Positions 1-20,209 of a DNA stretch of 64,000 bases are shown piece by piece. The number at the start of each line of letters is the position of its first letter. Position 1 is the stretch's first letter. The stretch is from NCBI GenBank assembly GCA_965178125.1, contig OZ237776.1, positions 62,001 to 126,000 on the forward strand, given 5' to 3'. The position numbers and the translations under genes were made by a program. Origin of the DNA: Bilabrum cf. latius (taxonomy: Eukaryota). The notes below the pieces were generated by a model. It made no database searches, was not told the DNA's origin, and saw only the letters and a program-made list of their open reading frames with translations.

Positions 1-8
1 AGCAAACC

Positions 9-5837
<5,829 letters not shown>

Positions 5838-6119
5838 GGATCCGGGGTGCCGTGCACCGGATCCAGCGGCTGCAGCAATCCTCTGATCCGGGATACGGGG
5901 TGTACGTCACACTGTCGTTTAGGTCTTATGCAGGTCAACTTCTGAATCTCGTAATCACTAGCAAAGCAAAGCAAACTTGGATCCAGAGAGCAGGCCACAC
6001 CGAGGCCTGGCAATGCCCCACACTCCCCGATCCATCTCAACCAAGTCACAAAACACATCGCAATCAAAATCATGTCCAGCACGTCGTATCCGTCCCCATC
6101 CCTAAACAAATGACCTCCA

Positions 6120-9100
6120 TCACGCCTCTTCCCCCTACGTAGCCTGCTACCCTCCCCTCGCGCTACTGCTGCCCGAGCACTTCCCAGCACGACTTGACTT
6201 CGTCTTGAGGCTCTTCTTCTGCTCCCAGTCGGACAGCACCTGCACCGTGCCTGCACCTGCACCTGCACATGCACCTGCACCAGCGGGTCCTCCCCCGGCA
6301 GCCTTCGCGCCCGCACCCATCCCCTTGGAGCCCCCCGCCGTGCCAGCCTCTACACCACCCGGCTCGCCCCCCACCACAAGCGAGCCAGCGAACGAGCACA
6401 CCTCCTGCGCCTTGCCCAGGATCTCCCACCGGAGCACCCACAGGCACCACAGCAGCACGCTCAGGTTGGCAAGGAACACAACCATCGTGGCAGCTGTCTT
6501 CACCGCGTCGCTCGAGTTCTCGTCGTGCAGGAACAGACCCGCCTCGAACGTCAGGAAAGCACCCACCAGCGCCACCAGCTCCAGCGTGTTGAGCGCCGTG
6601 GCTTCATACGGCTGGTTCAGCGAGTGCAGCACAGCAGCGGCGAAAATCACGGCGATGGCGGAGTACGTCTGCACGCGCACGCCCATGGGCTCCACCAGCA
6701 CCGTGATGGCCACCACGGCCAGCTTCCTCAGCATGATCACCACTTCCCAGTAGTACGCGTGCTCGTTGAATCCCGCCGTCAGGAAGCCCATCGTGGCGAT
6801 CACGTCGGGCGCACGCAGCCTGTCGCTGACCCACCACAGCCTCAGGCCAGCCAGCAGCGGGATGCCCACGGCAAACACCAGGATGGCCGGTACGCCCACG
6901 CCGTACATAATCTGCAGCGCGCTGGGATTGTAGCAGCACACGTCCAGGTCCAGCACCAGCCGCCTGTTCTCTTCGCCCTCGGGGCACTCGTCATGCCTCG
7001 CCGGACTCACTGCCAGCGAGCTCATCTCATCGTCGTCCTCGGCCAGGTCAACGTCCGGCTCCAGGGTGGTGCATGACAGCAGCCCGAAGGATGCCTCGGT
7101 CAGGGTCAGGTGCACCAGGAAGGCAATCACAGTCAGACCCGAGAGTATCCGCATCCCCAGCGGGAGCTTCACAGCGGCCAGTGGCACGCCCACACAGCCC
7201 AGCACCGTCCCCGTGCGCTGGCTGGACGCGAGCCAGAAGTACTCGGCCGCGGGCGGCAGCTCAGCGGCAGGGGAGGGGCCCATGGTCACGGAATCGCCAT
7301 GGGTCGCAGGCACTGCACCGGTGCTTTGCGGGCCAGACGCCCCCACGGTGCTTTGGCTCGAGGCCCCGCTGGATCCAGACAACAAGCTGCGGAAGCGGCT
7401 GGTGCGCTTTTGCACGATCCCAGAGCCACGACCGCTCCTGCTCCTGCTCCTGCCCATGGTGCTATTTGCTGGACTGCCGGGATCAGTGCCAGACTCTGTT
7501 CCTATCCCTCTGCTGCTGGTAGTGGTGGACACAGCGGCCGAGTGCCTGGGGGCGGATGCGCTCCTACTCGGGCTCGATCCCCGGACCGCTCCCTTGGAAT
7601 CAGAGGTACTGGGCTCCGCGAGCACCGATTGACCCGCCCGCCTGACTCTCGCGAGCGGGTTGAATGCCATCCTCTGCTTGGCCGTCCGCCCGGGGGCAGG
7701 CTTCCCCCCTCTGCCCCCAGCCGGCCTCGCGCTCTAGATGCCACCTGCAAACGGCGCCGGGCCCGCTTCCTCCGGCCCCCCTTCCTCCTCTGGCTCCTCA
7801 ATGACGATCCCGTCTGGCTCGTGCAGGCACCCGTCGATGGCGTCCACGATCACCCAGAACAGGGCCAGACCAAGCGCTAGCAGCAGCGGACTCAGCAGCA
7901 CCACGATGGTCCGCAAAAAGTACGCAGACCCGTGCGGCATGCTGGCGGCAAGGCCGCTCTGCTGCCGCTGCAGGTCCACCCCCAGCACGTTCTCTTCGTG
8001 CATGGCCAGCGCCTGTGCCAGCAGCCTCTCGTCCTGCAGCTGCGTGCCCGGCCATGCGTCGTGCGTTTCTACCATTGTGGCATTTGCACCGCTCAATCCA
8101 CTGCTCATGGCGTGCTGCTGCTGCTGCTGCTGCTGCAGGATGGCTGTCCATGCCTCCAGCGCGGCTGCTTGTCCGTCCACCGCCCCAGCCTCAGGCAGCT
8201 CCCCAGCGCTCTGCTGCAGCATGCAGTCCAGGCTCAGCACCTCCGAGCTGACCGAGGACATGGAGCCCATAGTGTTGAACAGGGCAATGACATCGTCGGG
8301 CCATGCGAGCTTGAAGGACGCAGCGATGGCCACCACCTGCACGTGCGAGAACAGGATCTTGATGGTGGCCATACCCACGTTCTGGTCCACGGCCCGCTGC
8401 CCGTGTCCTCGCTGCCTGGTGGACTTGCCCTGTTCTGTGACACCTGCATCTGGCTTGCCTTTGGATGCGATTCCATTGCGTGTGCTGGCAGGCGGACGGG
8501 CGAGTTGGTGCCCCGCTTCATTCTCGTCGGATGAGCTGTCGTCACCCAGCAGATCCATCAGCCGCTGCTGCTCCGACTGCACGGGCTGTCTGGTCGCGAG
8601 AGTGGCGGCCGATGGATTGCCGTGCAGCACCAGTGCCAGGGGATTGGTATGCCCGCGCGGCCCCGTGACTCCCTTGGGATTGACCGCTGGCTTGTCGGAC
8701 GGTGCTGGACTGGGCTTGGGCATGTTCAAGCCCGCGCCAGCTGGATCCGGCATCACTGCCAGGGCAGTTGACCCGTCCATGCCAGCCGCCAGCTGGCCCC
8801 CACCGAGGACATCTCGCCCCTCTCGATCCACCCGCATCGCAGCCAGCGCCCCCTTCCGCAGGGCATTCAGCACCAGTCCGATAGCCAGCAACAACACCGC
8901 CATCGACACCAGGATTGCCACCACCACAACCACAAACCCGCCCTGACACTTGCGGCACTCCGATGGACCCCACGACGTGTACCCTGGCTGGCACCTCGCG
9001 CACAGCAGCCCACCGTACCCGTCCGCACACGTCTCACCCACCCACACGGGGGCGCCGGCGTCCACCAGCGAGGGCACGTCTGCAGTGCCATGCACTAGCG

Positions 9101-12100
9101 TCATGTTCGCCAGCGACTGCAGCACGTGTCGCGCCCGCACCAGCGAGGCAGACTCCACGGCGGGTTCCTGCAGGTACAGCGAGGACAGGCTGGGCCTCTG
9201 GGACTCCTCTTGGAGGAGCCGGCCCTGCTGCATCGGTGCACTCGTCACACCATCCAGTCTCCGAGCCTGGCTCGCACCAGCTGTCTCAGCTGCCAACGTG
9301 CGTTTATCCGACAGCGACAGGCACGATTCCGGCCTGGGGCACTCAATGAAGGCCGTCCTGCCTCGTACCCAGGGCACCCGCTGGTACCCCGAAGCTGCAG
9401 CCAGGGTGAAGGCAGACCCGCCCCTGCATCGAGTGGCCTCCTGGTGGCATGGCCTGCAGCCCCACTCGTGGGGAGGAAGGTGCGTGGTGAGGAACTCGCC
9501 GGCGGCGCACGTGGACGGCACGCCGGGGGTCCACGGTGAGAATGGGCCCGGGCCCGCCTCGCTGATGGACCGGATCCGGAGGGCCATGGGGCGGGGATCG
9601 ATGGCCGTGAAGGACGCGCGCATGGCGGCCAATCCACCGGTGGAGCTGGGCCTCACGCTGATGTCGGCCAGGTCGATCCGGAACGCCGCAGCCTCGTCCT
9701 CGTCTTGCCCCGACACGGCGCTGTCCTGCCCAGCGGATGCAGCAGGGATCGCACTCGTCACATTGGCCCCGCTCGCATCCAGCAGCCTGGACTGTATCTC
9801 GAATCCATTCAGACCCGCCAGCCCCTCCTCCACGATCGACACCCTACCCGGGTCGCGGAAGGCCCACCGCACCTCGAAGCGGTCGTTCCGCACCCTCCAC
9901 CCCTGGATCGAGCTGGCCACATCAGGCCATGGATCCCCGATCACACCGTACGTGAACACAGGGGCAGACTCCGGGTCGCTGCTGAGGCCCCCTCTCTGCT
10001 GCACCACCACCTGCAGCCCGTCGATCTGGTCCTGCTGCAGGTCAGGCACCGTGCACTCGATCGAGGTCTCGCCCAGCACCGCCACGTTCAGGCAATCGTA
10101 CGGCCCCAGCAGCACCCGAGCCACGTCATCGTCCTTCCTGCCCAGGCTGCTGCCCGCAATCACCAGGCGCTCCCCCGCCGTGGCCCCATTCGGAGCCACT
10201 GACGTCACTGCGGGCCGCCCCAGCGCGGTGAAGAACCGGTTGCGGGGACTCGTCTGCTGAGCCACCTGCACCTCCACCACGGCCCCGCCGGGCCAGCTGG
10301 TCCCATTCACGCCGGTGCACAGGAGCTCCGTGCTGGACACAAGGTGCACTGCACTGCAGGGCCGCCCGCCCACTGCCACACCCTCCACGTCGGACTGCTT
10401 GAATCCGAAGTGCACCCCGCGCACCGTGAAATCAGCCGACACCTGGGGACCAGTGAGGCTGTACGGCGGCAGGATCTCTTCCACCAGCGGCCGCTCGTAG
10501 CTGACGGTGGATTGCGTGGACAGCTGCGTGAAGCCGTCCGTCTGCTGCTGCTGCGGCTGCTGCTGTGCATCATCGCCTTGGTCCTGTTCTGAGCTCCCGC
10601 CCAGCGTGTGCACCTCCACCAGCACATCCACGCCCACCCCAGGCTCGCAGTAGGCCAGCAGCTCAGTGTCAGACACCCACATCACCACCCGAGATGGCAC
10701 ACCGCCCACCTCCACACGATCCACGGCCCACGGAGCCACTCCCAGCCCCTCCCCACGGATCTGAAGCAGCCCGGCAGACGAAGGCGCGCCCACCAGCGTG
10801 CGAGCGATCTAGCCCACATCGGCCGCATCCAGCACCACAGACGCACGACCGCTGGACGCCGCTGCTGCGCCCACCCCTGCCCGCTCCAGCAGAGCATCCA
10901 GCTCCTGCTTGGCAGTAGTGGCCGACCCAAGCGCCACCTGGGCCCGCCTCGCCGCCCCTGCCAGCACCGCATCCGCGCTGCCGTTAGACGGAAACAGACG
11001 AGGGCTCAGCACCTGCACCACCGGCCGACCCACCAGCAGCACCGTCCCGCCCGGGCTAGACTCGGCCTGCAGCAGACTCGACTCCTGCACCTCGTCCTCC
11101 AGCTGCCCCGTGGCGCTCTGGCCCCCGACGCTGAAGTGAACGGACACCAGCTGGAGCGCATCCTCGGGCAACTGGGCCGATGCAGCCGCTGTGGCTGCTT
11201 GCCAGTCCACCACCGTGCACTGCACCCTGGCAATCACGCTCTCCTGCGGGGAAGTCTCGCTGGCCCGGGTGCCGCGCACGGTGGCGTTGGTGCACGAGGC
11301 GTTCCACGCCTGCCCGTCCAACCGTATCACGCCGGCACCGTCACCCGTCACACCGTCCCACTGAGTCAGGGATGCACCCGCGTGGGTCACGTCCAGCAGC
11401 AGCTCCAGGCCGCTCTCTAGCAGGTAGGCAGCTGCACGGGGATACGTGCTGCTGCTGCTGCTGATCCCGCTGCTGCTGCTGTTGCTGGAGCCGGCTGCAT
11501 CGCTCCCGTTGGTGCTCGCGACAGGGCCCATGCCTGCCATGCCCGGGTCTGGGCCTCCCGCGAATGTGGCTCGGGTGATCACAGGGGCGGCATAGTCCAC
11601 GGCAGGCGCGGTGTCGATCGAGTTTTCGCCGTTCCGCACCGACACCACCTGCACCCGGTGGCCCGTACCCACCCCCGGAGGCAACAGGCACCTGAGCCGA
11701 GTGGCAGGCGCCAGCATCTCGAGCTGAGTGCAGGTGTACGGCCCCACTTGCACCCTCTCGATCGTGTCCACGCTGTTGCCCAGCCCGTTGCCCTCGATCA
11801 CGATCCACCCGCCATCGCCAGACAACCGCCCCTCAGGCACGCCATCCGCTGACTCGGGTGACGCGGCCTGCACCTGCACGGGGGGCTGGAACTGAAACGC
11901 GGTCGGGGCAACTGCTTCCCGCCCCGACAGCAGCACCCGCACGCTGAAGTCGCCGGGCGTCCACTCCGGCCCGATGTCCTCGCACTCCATCTCAGAGTCG
12001 CTCAGCACGCGCACCACGGGACACTCCTTGCCCGAGATCACCATCCGCGGGGAGGTGCCGTTGCCGCCTGTCCGAGCAGACCCGAAGTGCTGCCCCCGCA

Positions 12101-15100
12101 CGGTCACTCTGTAGGAAGACCCCAGGTCGTTGAAGATCGTGTCAGGGTCAACCACCACCGACTCGATCTCGGGAGACAGGAACCGCACCACGCCGGCTGA
12201 GCTGGGGTACACTTTGCCCCAGGGAGTGTGCACGGACACAACCCCCTCTACCCCTGGACTGGCCGTCAGCGTGCACTGCACCACGAAGTCGGACTCAACG
12301 GACATATTCGCGCACGGCGCCCCGTCCACGTCAATGCGGTCGATCAGCCCGCCCCCCAACGCGCCCAGCTGGATCCCCACCAGCTGCACGACCTGTCCCC
12401 CCCTGGGACTGACGAGTGACGGGTTGGAGCCGAGCACCCTGGGATTCACACGGGCCATCAGCTGGTTGGACGTCCATTCCACCACATGGGGCGGATCCAC
12501 GTTGCTGTCCCACACGCCCGCCTCGAGGCCTTCCCTCGGGTCAGACGACAGCTGCCTCCACTCCCGGGCGTGTCTCTGCGCCCTTGCTGCACCGTCTGCT
12601 TCCACCGCCGCATTCACCGCCCCCAGGGACCGCGACACCACGCGCACCTCGTCCGACTGCATCAGGTGAGGCAGCACGGAGCACCGCAGCTCAGTGGCAG
12701 ATTGCACCACCAGCGGGTCGCACCGCTGCCCGCCCAGATACACCGCCCCCACGTGCACCTTCATGTCAGATGTAACGAGTGAAGTCCCACGCAGGGTGAG
12801 GTTGAACTTGGTGCCGCTTACCTCGCTCTCGATCAGCGCGGTCGCATCCACGCTGGGAGGCTCCACGGCCTGCACCACGGGAGGCGGCAGATCCACCCAC
12901 GCGGGCTGCAGCTGGGACGCGTTGCCGGCTGGCTCAGACCCGCTGTCCTCCACCACGATCGAGGCGGTGTCCAGCCAGGACAGCCCGGGCAGGTGCACCG
13001 ACAAGGACGCAGGGCCACCCACCATGCCGGCAGGTGCAATGCACTGCAGCTAGGACCCCATCGATCCAGCCGTCAGATTGCCATCGCATCGATACGGGCC
13101 CAGCGAGCCGGTGACTTGTTGTCGCAGAGGAGTCACATTTGCTGCCTCCAGCTGCGTCCATCGGCCGATCAATCCACCCGTGGATCCATGCCGGTCCACA
13201 GGCGCAAGTACACCCGCATACCACCCGCCTCCAGAGCCCCAGCCCGCCCCCCGCACGTCCATGACCAGAGTCCCGCCGGCCCCCACACTCGCCGGCCAGC
13301 TGCTCCCGCTCTGCAGCCTCAGTGCCCCCTGCATGCCCACCGCCACGCACAGCACCATGCCAGGATCCGAGGGCGCACCCGCGATGGCTTGCCCGCTGGC
13401 CAGCTCACGAAGCACCAGCTCGCATGCCGCCGGGTCATCGCTCGACACCGTCAGTGCCCCGCCGCTCCCGCCTCCACTGCCACCACCAGACCCAGGCAGG
13501 TGCATCTGCACCTCGGCCAGACCCGGCAGCAGGGGCTATTCCGGGGTACACACCAGCACGGTCCGCGCCCCTGCATCGATGGCATGCGCGCTGGCCGTGG
13601 GACACCTGAGTCCACCTGCCCACACGTGCCCCAGCTCCTGCACCCTGCCCAGCTCCGATGGACGGGGCAGGTGCATTGCACGACTGGTCACCACGACCAG
13701 TCCATCGCTTGCACCACCGGGATAGACAGGCAAACAGCCGCTGGCCGAGCCTGCCCAATCCACACCGCCCACACCACCCGACACAGCTCCACCAGACGCC
13801 ACCACGCCCAGCCGGCCCCGGGACAGCAAGCACCCGGCCTGCGCCACATGCCACATCAACGCGCCCCCACCCCACCCCGATGCCGCATCAGCCGCGGCAG
13901 CCTCATCCAAGGCAGCCCCAAGAGCAGCGGCATCCGCGAGAGACAAGGCAGCTGCACCCATACCATCGCCCATTACGCTCTCGTTCAGCCCCTTGCACAG
14001 CGCTTGCTCGCTGCTGCAGTCCAGCGAGGCCCACTGCGCCTGTGACACGGGCAGCATCCAAAGAGGCCTCGAGTGCAGGCCCGTGGTGTTGGCCCTGTAC
14101 GCCACCAGCCCGCGCCCCCCACACCCCGGCGATGCCACCAGCAGGTGCACCTCCTGCTCGCCGATGGACGCGTTGGTCGCAACCAGTGTGACGAGTGCAG
14201 TACCCATCTCGCAGCCGGGGCCCACGCCCGCGGGGACAGGAGCCTCTACCCGCTCCGAGCTCAGGACGGCAACTGCCTCCGATGACGAGTTCTGGGTCGG
14301 GCCCAGCCGGCCATTGAGATCCACCCGCAGCTGCATCACGGCCCCTGCAGAGTCGTTGAAGCCAGGGGCACCCACGAACACGTCCATCGTGCGGTCTGCT
14401 CCGAAGCCAAGCAGCTCGATCGAGGCTCCGAAGCGGGATCGCTCGAACTGCCCCGGCCAGTGCCCGGCCAGCCGCAGCGGCATCAGGGCAGGAGATAGCA
14501 GCAGGTGGTCAGACACGGACATGGTCATTGCCCCGGCCTCCATCTCGCCCACAACCAGGTGCAGCATCACCACAGCCCCGAACCGCCTGTCCTCCCCCGA
14601 CAGCGACAGGTCCCTCCAGTCAGGCGCGCCCACCAGCATCGACACCTCGCTCGTGGCCTGCCCCTGCCCCTGCTCCCGCACCGGGCCCAGGTACTCGAGC
14701 GATGCCCCGAAGCTGTCGCCAGCTGCACCCGTGACAGACGATATCACGGCGATCCTGGTCCCATTCCAGGCAGTTATCGGGTTAGAAGTGCTGCTGCTGT
14801 TGGTGTTGGCTGTCACTAGATGCAGTGCATGCAGGTGCAGCTCGCCCTGCTGAGGAGCCCCCGCCGCCACCACAGGGGCATGCAGCCGCATGTTGCCGAG
14901 CATCGACCGGCCCAGGTATGCCACTGCTGCACCCAGCGAGACGGGCCCGCGGGCAATCGTCGCATTGGATACAATCACAGTCGGCAGAATCGAATCACCT
15001 ACATCCCCTGCCCCATCGTCATCCGCTCCTTCTCCCGCTGTGCCCGTCCCCAGCCGACTCACCCACAGCTGCCCCCTCGATGCATTCCCCACCAGCACTG

Positions 15101-18100
15101 ACACAGACCCATCCCCCGCGCCCAGAGACCCCAGCGAGCACACGGCACTCCCGTCCAGGACCAGCTCCATACCGGCGGCGCGTCGATCCACAGCAGGTGC
15201 ATCCGATCCATTCAATGCCCCGACCCTGACGTGCAGCCGTCCCCTGCTGACCCAGCTGTGATGCCCCGTCCCTGGGCCCGTGCCCGCCTGTCTGTCCACT
15301 TGCAGGGATTCGCCTTCCATGAGAACGAACGTTCCTTGGCTGGCCTGCAGGATTCCGATGGAGGAATCCAACGAGGCAGGGGATGTCGAGGATGGCCTGG
15401 ATACAGTGCCATGGACGGGGAGGAGTCGATGGGCAGGTGGGGTGATGGGAGGGTCTGACGCGGGGGCGAGTGACAGGACCCACACCGCACCACGCTTGCT
15501 ATCAATTAATCCACCGTCATCATCTCCTTCTGCTCCCACAGCCATGTCCGGTACCCCGTTGCCGTCCAAGTCACCAAGAGATGCAACAGATATGCCAAAC
15601 CCATCACTGTTGTCCAACTGCCCCGTGAAGCCCCCTTGTGTGCTTGAGATCTTCTGGTGCCGCTTCACCGTGCCATCAGATCGCAGAAACAGTACCCACA
15701 CCGCACCTCTGTTAAACCCACTGTCATCATCCTCATCTGCTCCCACAGCCAGGTCCGGTACCCCGTTGCCGTCCAGGTCACCAAGAGATGCAACAGATGT
15801 GCCAAGCCCATCATTATCGTCAAGCTGCCCCGTGAAGCCCCCTTGCGTGTCGGAGATCTTTTGGTGCCGCTTCACCGTGCCATTCGATCGCAGGAACAAG
15901 ATCCACACCGCACCTCTGTCATGCCCACCGTCAGCATCCTCATGTGCTCCCACAGCCATGTCCGGTACCCCGTCGCCGTCCAGGTCACCAAGAGATGCAA
16001 CAGATATGCCAAAATAATCACGATCGTCAAGCTGCCCCGTGAAGCCCCCTTGCGTGTCGGAGATCTTTTGGTGGCGCATCACCGTGCCATCGGATCGCAG
16101 AAACAGGATCCACACCGCACCTCTCCTGAATCCACCGTCATCATCCCTACGTGCTCCCACAGCCAGGTCCGGTACCCCGTTGCCGTCCAGGTCACCAAGA
16201 GATGCAACAGATCTGCCAAACCCATCACTGTTGTCCAACTGCCCCGTGAAGCCCTCTTGCGTGTCGGAGATCTTTTGGTGCCGCTTCACCGTGCCATCAG
16301 ATCGCAGAAACAGTACCCACACCGCACCTCTCGTAAACCCACCGTCATCATCCCCATGTGCTCCCACAGCCATGTCCGGTACCCCGTTGCCGTCCAAGTC
16401 ACCAAGAGATGCAACAGATATGCCAAACCCATCACTGTCGTCAAGCTGCCCCGTGAAGCCCCCTTGCGTGTCGGAGATCTTTTGGTGCCGCTTCACCGTG
16501 CCATCAGATCGCAGAAACAGTACCCACACCGCACCTCTCGTAAACCCACCGTCATCATCCCCACGTGCTCCCACAGCCAGGTCCGGTACCCCGTTGCCGT
16601 CCAGGTCACCAAGAGATGCAACAGATGTGCCAAACCAATAATCACGATCGTCAAGCTGCCCCGTGAAGCCCCCTTGCGTGTCGGAGATCTTTTGGTGGCG
16701 CATCACCGTGCCATTACTTTGCACCCAAGTCCGCAGCTCCACATGCGGCCCCGTCCCCCGCTGCAGATACACGCTGCCACCCTCTACTGATCCTACTAGC
16801 TGCAGCTTGCCATCGCCAGTTAAATCAATCACGCAGTTTGCCCTGCCACCCGGCAGTGCAGCAACACGATCACACGACCCACCCCATGCACGACCACCAA
16901 CAAGGCAGCCATCCAGGCCGACACATGGTACGTTGCCGAACTCAAACACCACCTGATCGTCGCTTACATCCACCAGTGACATATTCACAAAGCCCTGCGG
17001 CGCCACTGCCCACCCCTGGATAGAGTCCTCCTCCAGGCGCACCTCGATCGAGTTGGTCCCACTCGTCACCATGGCACACCTCGACTGCACCACTGGGCCC
17101 CCACAGGACGTCGCAGGGAAGGGGGGGTCAGCCAGCAGGTGGGGGGCCCTGCCATCGCACCCGTACACGTTCGCGTTCCTGGGCCAGAACCGCAGCAGCA
17201 GGTCCACATGCATAGTACCGTTGAGTCCATCTGCGTATAGGTCAGCCCACGCCACTCGCTTGACGGGGAATACGCCCCGATGGGAGTCCAGCAATCGACC
17301 GCCAGCCACCAACATGAAGTGGAACTCCTCCGCCTCTGTCCCACTCATGCTCGAGCTGTACGGCAGCTGCACCCGCACGCTGCCCTGCAGGTATCCGAGG
17401 CGCAGCGTGGCGCTGGAGGAAGCACATCCCGTCTGGGTGAGGATGACTCTCCTAATGTCATGGGAGACAGTCACTGATGCGGCAGAGTACATAGATCCGT
17501 TGACCTGGTGTGCCTCTGTGCCTGTGCTCCACGGGTCCTGCAGCAGGGCAGGATCGATGGTGTAGGTGCCGTTGAGGACAGGCACGGGGAGGACGCTGCG
17601 GGCTGAGCTGTGGAGCTGCAGCATCCACACCGCGCCTCGATTGGTGCCGCCATCATCGTCATAGGTTGACCCTACTGCTAGGCCCAACGTTCCATCGCCG
17701 TTCAGATCTAACACAGATGCCACGGACGATCCAAATTGATCATCGTTTCGCAGCTGCCCCGTGAAGCCCCCTTCCGCGCCCGATATCTTTTGGTGCTGCT
17801 TTACCGTGCCATCCGATCGCAGGAATACGATCCACATTGCGCCACAATTGTTACACCCATCGTCATCCCGAAATGCCCCCACGGCCATGTCTACCGCACC
17901 ATCGCCGTCCAAATCGCCCAGAGATGCGACGGATGTTCCAAACCAATCATAATCTTCGAGCTGTCCTGAGAAGCCCCCTTCCGTATCTGATATTTTCTGA
18001 TGCCGCTTCACCGTACCGTTTGGGTACAGAAACAGCACCCAAACTGCACCTCGGCTGATCCCTCCATCGGCATCATTCCAAGCTCCAACTGCAAGCTCCA

Positions 18101-18974
18101 CCACCCCATCCCCGTTCAGGTCGCCAAGAGATACGATGCAAACACCAAAGAAGTCTGCAAAGTCCAGCTGGCCCGTGAAGCCCCCTTCAGTGTCGGAGAT
18201 CTTCTGGTGCCGCTTCACCGTACCATCTGATCGCAGGAACAAGATCCACACTGCACCACGGTTGTTGTCGCCAGATCCACCATCATCATCGTGCCAAGCT
18301 CCAACGGCCATGTCCAACACCCCGTCACCGTCCAGGTCGCCCAAAGATGCTACAGACTTGCCAAAGTAGTCTGCATTGTCCAACTGCCCCGAGAAGCCCC
18401 CTTCCGTATCTGATATCTTCTGGTGACGCTTTACCGTGCCATTGAAGTTCAGAAACAGGATCCACACTGCCCCGCGATCGCTGTCACCTGTTGTACCATC
18501 ATCATCATAGAGCGCACCTACGGCAATGTCCAACACTTCATCATCGTCCAGGTTCCCCAGCGATGCAACCGATGTGCCGAATCGGTCGTTGTTATCCAGG
18601 TGGCCCGTGAAACCCCCTTGCGTTTGGGAGATCTTCTAGTGATCTCTAATAGTCCCGTTGGACTGCAGGAACAGCACCCATACTGCCCCACGATCTGGAC
18701 CGCCATCGTTGTCTCTTTGGGCCCCGACCACCATGTCGCCCACCCCATCCCCATCCAGGTCGCCCAGCGCCGCGATGCAACTTCCGAATTCGTCTTGATC
18801 TTGGAGGCTGCCCCCGAAAGTACCCTACGTAATAGATATCTTAGTCCAATCGTGGACTTCTCCGTCATTACGCTAGGCCTACGCGGCCTCAAGCTTGCGC
18901 GGTTTGGTTTGCGATTGAGCTCCTGCAGGACGTCTGCGAAGCAAAACTAACGACGGTATGAATGTCATAACCAT
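6120..18974 (-). CDS. Giant surface/membrane protein (~4280 aa): two FG-GAP repeat clusters, IPT/TIG Ig-like repeats, Cys-rich region and C-terminal multi-pass TM region; start approximate
   Basis: ORFs 13536-18536, 13050-13511, 10809-13025, 7734-10793 and 6147-7670 are co-frame. They are joined by TAGs at 18879, 18873, 18825, 18636, 13536, 13050, 10809, 7734, 6147 and 6135, ending at TGA 6120-6122. Motifs: FGxSVASLGDLDGDGVxDxAVGA repeats, IxGxxFG...V.VGG.PC (TIG), CADGYGGLLCARC, YYWEVVIMLRKL...QPY. First in-frame ATG after an upstream TGA is at 18974; additional upstream exons are not excluded. Confidence 0.85.
15480..16720 (-). repeat. Six near-identical tandem ~207-nt (69-aa) FG-GAP coding repeats; a more diverged cluster lies at ~17620-18850
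   Basis: The unit KISDTQGGFTGQLDxxDxFGxSVASLGDLDGNGVPDxAVGAxxDDDGGxxRGAVWVLFLRSDGTVKRHQ recurs every 207-210 nt with near DNA identity. Confidence 0.95.
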
Positions 18975-20209
18975 GCGCCAAGATATTCACTCCAAGATAA
19001 TCTGGTATCCATACTGTTGCTTGTACGGAACTGGAAATATTGCAAGCAGCGGTCTGACTTACTGTGTGACTGCAGCTTGCATGGGTTCAGTTTGCGAACA
19101 GCTAATGGAGATAAGAATGATAACTTTCAATAGCAGATTCTGCATTCTGTAACCTTGGCAAGGTCCTCGCGTGCATGGCGTTTTACTCCATTGGTGGACT
19201 CGTTTATTTGTCGTTGCGAATCTGTGACTTGCAGCACTCGTACCATGGTTCGATGGTAACGAGATCCATTGCGAGACTCTGCGATGCAGTATGTGTAAGA
19301 CCTGAAGGGTCGTGTAGCTGTTTTAAGATTGAGCGGTGTCGTTGCTGTCAACACCAAAGCGATGCGAGTATGGCACGACGGATACAAGCAGTCAGGGTCC
19401 AATGGGAATCTACCGTCGATAACACTTACCGTGGGTCTGGATCCGTCATGCTTTCAATTTGACCACGGCCAGCGATTCGATAGAGGGTATTCCCAACAAG
19501 AGACTTCCTGTGCCCGCCACTTCGCCTGTAGAGGGTTAGCACTTTTTAGTTTGTTTTCGCAACGAATGCGCACGGCCTCAATGCAACTAACCCACAATTA
19601 AACCAACGAGTATGACCTACTCCGCTGCGGCGCAAACGTTCCTGCGGATCAGCCCAAAACGCGTGAATCGTGGTCACTAGCCTGGCCAATCAACACGCAA
19701 CAATCGGTTTACCCCGTTTGCTGCTTTTGCGAGCTGGTCGAGGCAGACAATTACCCCCTTAGAAAAAGGCTGCACGGAGATACTTGGCGCGAACACTTCA
19801 GTGTTGATGGGCTGGACTAACATTAACAGATGAGCGGTTGAACCAATAGAAGCCACGACTGCCAACGGCCATGATGCAAGTCGTCCAAAATGGCAGTATA
19901 TCCACCACCCTCTTCTGCTGCTGTCTTTTTCGTCGTTGCATTTGCTCTGAAATCGCACAACAGACACAGCCCAAATCGGACCCCGAAGCCCCCCTCATCC
20001 AGATGTGGCGGCCCTGTAGCTGCCGCAATGACACGGTGCACTAGACTACTATACTATACTAGTATCTAGATCTATGCATCATCCGCACCAGTCAGAAATC
20101 CGCGTCCCCGCCCCCACGCAGGCCACCCATCGACACCTCAAGTAGCCCTTGCATCTGCATCTGCTCCCCAGCAGGGGCCCATGCAGTGCTGGTAGTGGCC
20201 TGCTCAACA

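Noticed and set aside
18975-20209. Short ORFs upstream of the 4300-aa gene
   Set aside because: AT-richer sequence with no recognisable protein. It could hold upstream exons, but none could be supported.
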